Part shown: one piece after another, positions 26,669-32,000 of the stretch
Numbering within the stretch: the first letter of the stretch is position 1
How the letters are laid out: every line of letters starts with the position of its first letter
NCBI RefSeq assembly: GCF_001598795.1
Contig: NZ_BCZP01000002.1
Location: 1 to 32,000, forward strand
Source: Delftia acidovorans NBRC 14950
GTDB lineage: Bacteria > Pseudomonadota > Gammaproteobacteria > Burkholderiales > Burkholderiaceae_C
Reading direction: 5' to 3'
DNA length: 32,000 nt
Translations under genes and position numbers: made by a program
The notes under the pieces: generated by a model
What the model was told of the DNA's origin: nothing
The model's database searches: none
The model's input: the letters and a program-made list of their open reading frames with translations, nothing else

Positions 26669-27394
26669 ATGCGCAGCGCCAAAGGGCACAATGGCGCCAT
26701 GAAAATCTCCAACATCCGCCATGAACGGGGCTCCAGCGTCTACAGCACGCTGCGTGACATGGCCATCTCCTACGAGTTCAAGCCAGGCGAGCGCCTGAGC
26801 GAGAGCGAACTGGCCCTGCGCCTGGGCGTGAGCCGCACGCCCGTGCGCGAGGCACTGACGCGGCTGGTGGCCGATGGCTTTTTGCTGCCGGCCAGCCGCG
26901 GCTACATGCGGCGCGAACTGGACGTGAAGGAGTCACTGGACCTGTACGAGGCCCGCGTGGCCGTGGAGCGCGAATGCGTGCGGCTGGCCGTGGAGCGCGC
27001 CTCCGATGCCCAGCTCGACGAGGCCCTGGCCTACCTGGAGCAGAGCCAGCGCGTGGCCTCCGATACGCCGATCCGGCAACTGGTGGACCTGGACGAGGGA
27101 TTCCACCTGCGCATTGCCGACATGGCCGGCAACGCCGAGCTGCGGCGCATGCTGGCGAGCCTGAACGAGCGCATCCGCTTCATCCGGTGGATCGACATGG
27201 AGAACGTGGGGCGCGCCTCCACCCAGCACGAGCACCTGGAAATCCTGCAGGCCCTGCGCGCGCGCGACGCCCAGGCCAGCGAGCGCCTGATGGCCGAGCA
27301 CATCGGCCTGCGGCGCGAGCAGATCGTGGAGGCGATTGCGCGCGGGCTGACGCGCATCTACCTGCCGCAGGAGCAGGTGCAGGCCACGCCCTGA
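26669..27394 (+). CDS. GntR-family (FadR/FCD subfamily) transcriptional regulator
   Basis: The wHTH is LSESELALRLGVSRTPVREALTRLVADGFL and is followed by an FCD-like helical domain. The gene is divergent from the ThDP-enzyme operon. The start is ambiguous between ATG 26669 (MRSAKG...) and ATG 26699 (MKISNIRHERG...). Confidence 0.85.
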   Translation: MRSAKGHNGAMKISNIRHERGSSVYSTLRDMAISYEFKPGERLSESELALRLGVSRTPVREALTRLVADGFLLPASRGYMRRELDVKESLDLYEARVAVERECVRLAVERASDAQLDEALAYLEQSQRVASDTPIRQLVDLDEGFHLRIADMAGNAELRRMLASLNERIRFIRWIDMENVGRASTQHEHLEILQALRARDAQASERLMAEHIGLRREQIVEAIARGLTRIYLPQEQVQATP

Positions 27395-27407
27395 AGCGCC
27401 TTCAGGG
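27389..27407. terminator. Hairpin between the convergent GntR and phytase-like genes that embeds both stop codons
   Basis: CCCTGAAG (27389-27396), loop CGC, CTTCAGGG (27400-27407): a perfect 8-bp stem. There is no U-tract on either side, so terminator function is uncertain. Confidence 0.25.
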
Positions 27408-28575
27408 GGCGCAGGGCGGCGAGGGCCGGTAGGCGGTGATCAGGATCTGGTTGGCCTGCGCCGGGTTGAAGTTGTCGTCGCTGGCGAACACCAGCACGCG
27501 GGTGCCATCGGGCAGCGGCGGGCCCCAGGACATGGCTTCCATGTTGTCCAGCCGGCCGGGCTGCACGGTGGACAGATCGGCCACCAGTTGCTTGACCGCC
27601 ACCTGTGGCGGCGTTTGAGTGAAGCTGGCCAGGGCCAGCGTGTCAGGTGCCTCCAGGCCGATGCGGTACAGCCGCGCGCCAAAGCCGTGGCCCGGGCTGT
27701 AGGAGCGCTCCAGCACCAGCAGATGGTCGGGACCGTCCGGCAGGATTTCGCTGATGCCGTTGACCTCGCGCTGGGGAAGGGCCCAGCTGGCGGCCGGCAC
27801 GGCATCGGGCTGGTAGGCGATCTGGCGCAGCAGCCGGCCATCGTCCAGGCTGACGAGGCTGATGCGCACGGGCGCGCCTGCCGTGGCGGCGCTGGCGCGC
27901 GGGCCGTCCTGGCGCAGCGGCGCCTCCAGGGCCAGCCAGGCCTGTTGGCCGTCCGGCGTCACGGCCAGCCCCTCGAAGCCGAAGTTCGAGCGCAGGCCCG
28001 GCCTGCCGTCCTCGTCCTTGAATGCGTAGAACCACCGCGCAATCTGGCGGCCCGTGGCGTCGGTCCTCACCAGCGAGGTGCCAAAGCCCCGGCCCGGGTC
28101 GCCTTCATCGGTCCACAGCAGGCCGCCGTCCGGCAGCAGGCGGATGGCTTCGGGGTCGGGCACGGGCTGGGTGGCGGGCGCGGCATGGCGCGGGCGCAGC
28201 CAGCGGCCCTCGGCATCCAGTAGCGGATGCACTTCGGTGACCTGCGCCTGCCAGGGGTTGGGGCCGGCACGCTGGCCCGCGTCCAGCGGCTCTATGCGCA
28301 GGCGCATCCAGCGCGCGGGGCCGCGCGCCGAGCGGTCATCGCTGATGGCCACGTAGTCGCCGCGCCGGGCGTCGTAGTCCAGGCCCGAGATGCCGCCGGT
28401 GGTGGCGCCATGGATGGGCTCATCGCGCGCAATCGTGGTGCTGCCCAGCCACTGCAGGCGCGTGCATGCCGTGGGCTGCGGGGACGGCAGGGCCTGGGGC
28501 GGCGCGGCGCAGCCGGCCAGCAGCAGGCCCGCAAGCACCAGGCTGGCCGCCTTGAACAAGGCCGTGAGCCCGTTG

Positions 28576-30072
<1,497 letters not shown>

Positions 30073-30145
30073 GGTGCGGTATCCAGGAAAAGCAGGGCCG
30101 GTGCGCGTGTCCTGTGCGGGCGGTGGCGCAGCGGCTGCGGAAAAC

Positions 30146-30910
30146 TTACTGCGCCACCACGCATTGCACTTCTGCTTCGCGCAGAAGGGCATCGAACGGG
30201 GCGGGGGGCGCGGTATCGGTGAACAGGCGGTCGATCTGGTCCAGGCGTGCCAGCTCCACCATGGCCTGGCGGTGGAACTTGCTGTGGTCGGCGGCCAGCC
30301 AGACTTCGCGCGACTGGGCAATGATGGTCTGGGCCACCTTGACCTCGCGCATGTCGAAGTCGCGCAGGCTGCCATCGGGCTCGATGGCCGAGATGCCGAT
30401 CAGGGCGATGTCCACCTTGAACTGGCGGATGAAGTCCACGGCCGCCTCGCCCACGATGCCCCGGTCGCGCGTGCGCACCACGCCGCCGGCCACGATGACT
30501 TCGCAGTCCGCGTTGGAGCTGAGGATGGCCGCCACGTTGAGGTTGTTGGTGATCACGCGCAGGCCCCGGTGCTTGAGCAGGGCCTGGGCCACGGCCTCGG
30601 TGGTGGTGCCGATGTTCAGGATCAGCGAGCAGCCGTTGGGAATGGCCTCGGCCACGGCGCGCGCAATGCGCGACTTGCCTTCGGCATGCAGCACCTGGCG
30701 CTGGGTGTGGCCCAGGTTCTCCACCGTGGCGCTGGGCACGCGCACGCCGCCGTGAAAGCGCACCATCAGGCCCGCATCGGCCAGCTTCTGTATGTCGCGG
30801 CGCACGGTCTGCAGGGTCACGCCCAGGATCTCGGCCAGCTGCTCCACCGAAGTGGACTGGCGGCTGCGCACTTCGTCGAGCAGCTGTAGTTGTCGGGGAT
30901 TGGTGTTCAC
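30146..30910 (-). CDS. glpR: DeoR-family glycerol-3-phosphate regulon repressor
   Basis: The DeoR wHTH is [42 protein letters not shown], followed by a C-terminal DeoR sugar-phosphate sensor domain. The gene lies immediately upstream of glpK. Confidence 0.85.
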   Translation of the reverse strand: MNTNPRQLQLLDEVRSRQSTSVEQLAEILGVTLQTVRRDIQKLADAGLMVRFHGGVRVPSATVENLGHTQRQVLHAEGKSRIARAVAEAIPNGCSLILNIGTTTEAVAQALLKHRGLRVITNNLNVAAILSSNADCEVIVAGGVVRTRDRGIVGEAAVDFIRQFKVDIALIGISAIEPDGSLRDFDMREVKVAQTIIAQSREVWLAADHSKFHRQAMVELARLDQIDRLFTDTAPPAPFDALLREAEVQCVVAQ

Positions 30911-31022
30911 GGCGGCGATTCCAGATCTGGTGCGTTCTCAGGCAAACAAGGCGGGGCGACCGGTTTATAGCGCATTTGCCCCTGGCCGGCCGTGGGTTGG
31001 GGAACTTTAAAACGAAGAAAAA

Positions 31023-31088
31023 AGAACAGCACCTAGGGTATGTGTTGATGGGCTGCGATCTGGAAAGAACAAAAATGATCACGTTCTT
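31023..31088. promoter_or_regulatory. Candidate GlpR operators in the divergent glpR / ABC-transporter control region
   Basis: AGAACA occurs at 31023-31028 and 31066-31071. A perfect inverted repeat AAGAAC (31065-31070) / GTTCTT (31083-31088) has a 12-nt spacer. The half-sites resemble the CGAACA/TGTTCG half-sites of E. coli GlpR operators. Confidence 0.35.
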
Positions 31089-31180
31089 GCTTTCGGATGG
31101 CGCGCAATCGCCGCCTTGAGCGAGATGTTTCTCCTTGTTCAATCGCTGCCCCCGAGGCGGCCTCGTCAGTGAGGGCGGTC

Positions 31181-32000
<820 letters not shown>

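Overview
This is a very GC-rich, densely coding chromosomal segment. It looks betaproteobacterial (Burkholderiales/Comamonadaceae-like), an inference from the Bug-family binding protein, the IPTL-CTERM-type proteins and the codon bias. I support 25 protein genes. I see no rRNA or tRNA genes, no CRISPR array, and no transposase, integrase or phage genes.

Gene order, left to right:
- 1-5861 (+): a catecholate-type siderophore uptake operon. It holds the tail of a TonB-dependent receptor, a secreted Fes-like esterase, a CeuE-like binding protein, two FecCD permeases and an ATPase.
- 6044-10931: queA (-), an HD-GYP phosphodiesterase (-) and recG (+).
- 11267-13949 (+): a stand-alone MHYT membrane sensor, then oxyR and dps.
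- 14009-15802 (+): a PAP2 phosphatase and ubiA.
- 15735-21898 (-): two tandem paralogous genes for ~1000-aa secreted proteins. Each has a conserved N-terminal module, seven SBBP-type beta-propeller blades, two Cys-containing Ig-like modules, a Pro-rich linker and an IPTL-CTERM-like sorting signal.
- 22155-27394: proC, then a VOC / Bug binding protein / ThDP-enzyme cluster (all -) with a divergent GntR regulator (+).
- 27402-32000: a phytase-like lipoprotein, glpK and glpR (all -), and the start of a divergent ABC ATPase (+).

Most of the window is ordinary housekeeping or accessory metabolism, and I found no recognisable defence system. The most unusual item is the tandem propeller/IPTL-CTERM pair, which has a mosaic conservation pattern and no cognate sorting enzyme nearby. 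An 85-nt highly structured intergenic element upstream of oxyR and the output-less MHYT sensor also deserve a second look. All homology calls come from motif recognition by eye. Pfam/TIGRFAM accessions are from memory and no searches were run.
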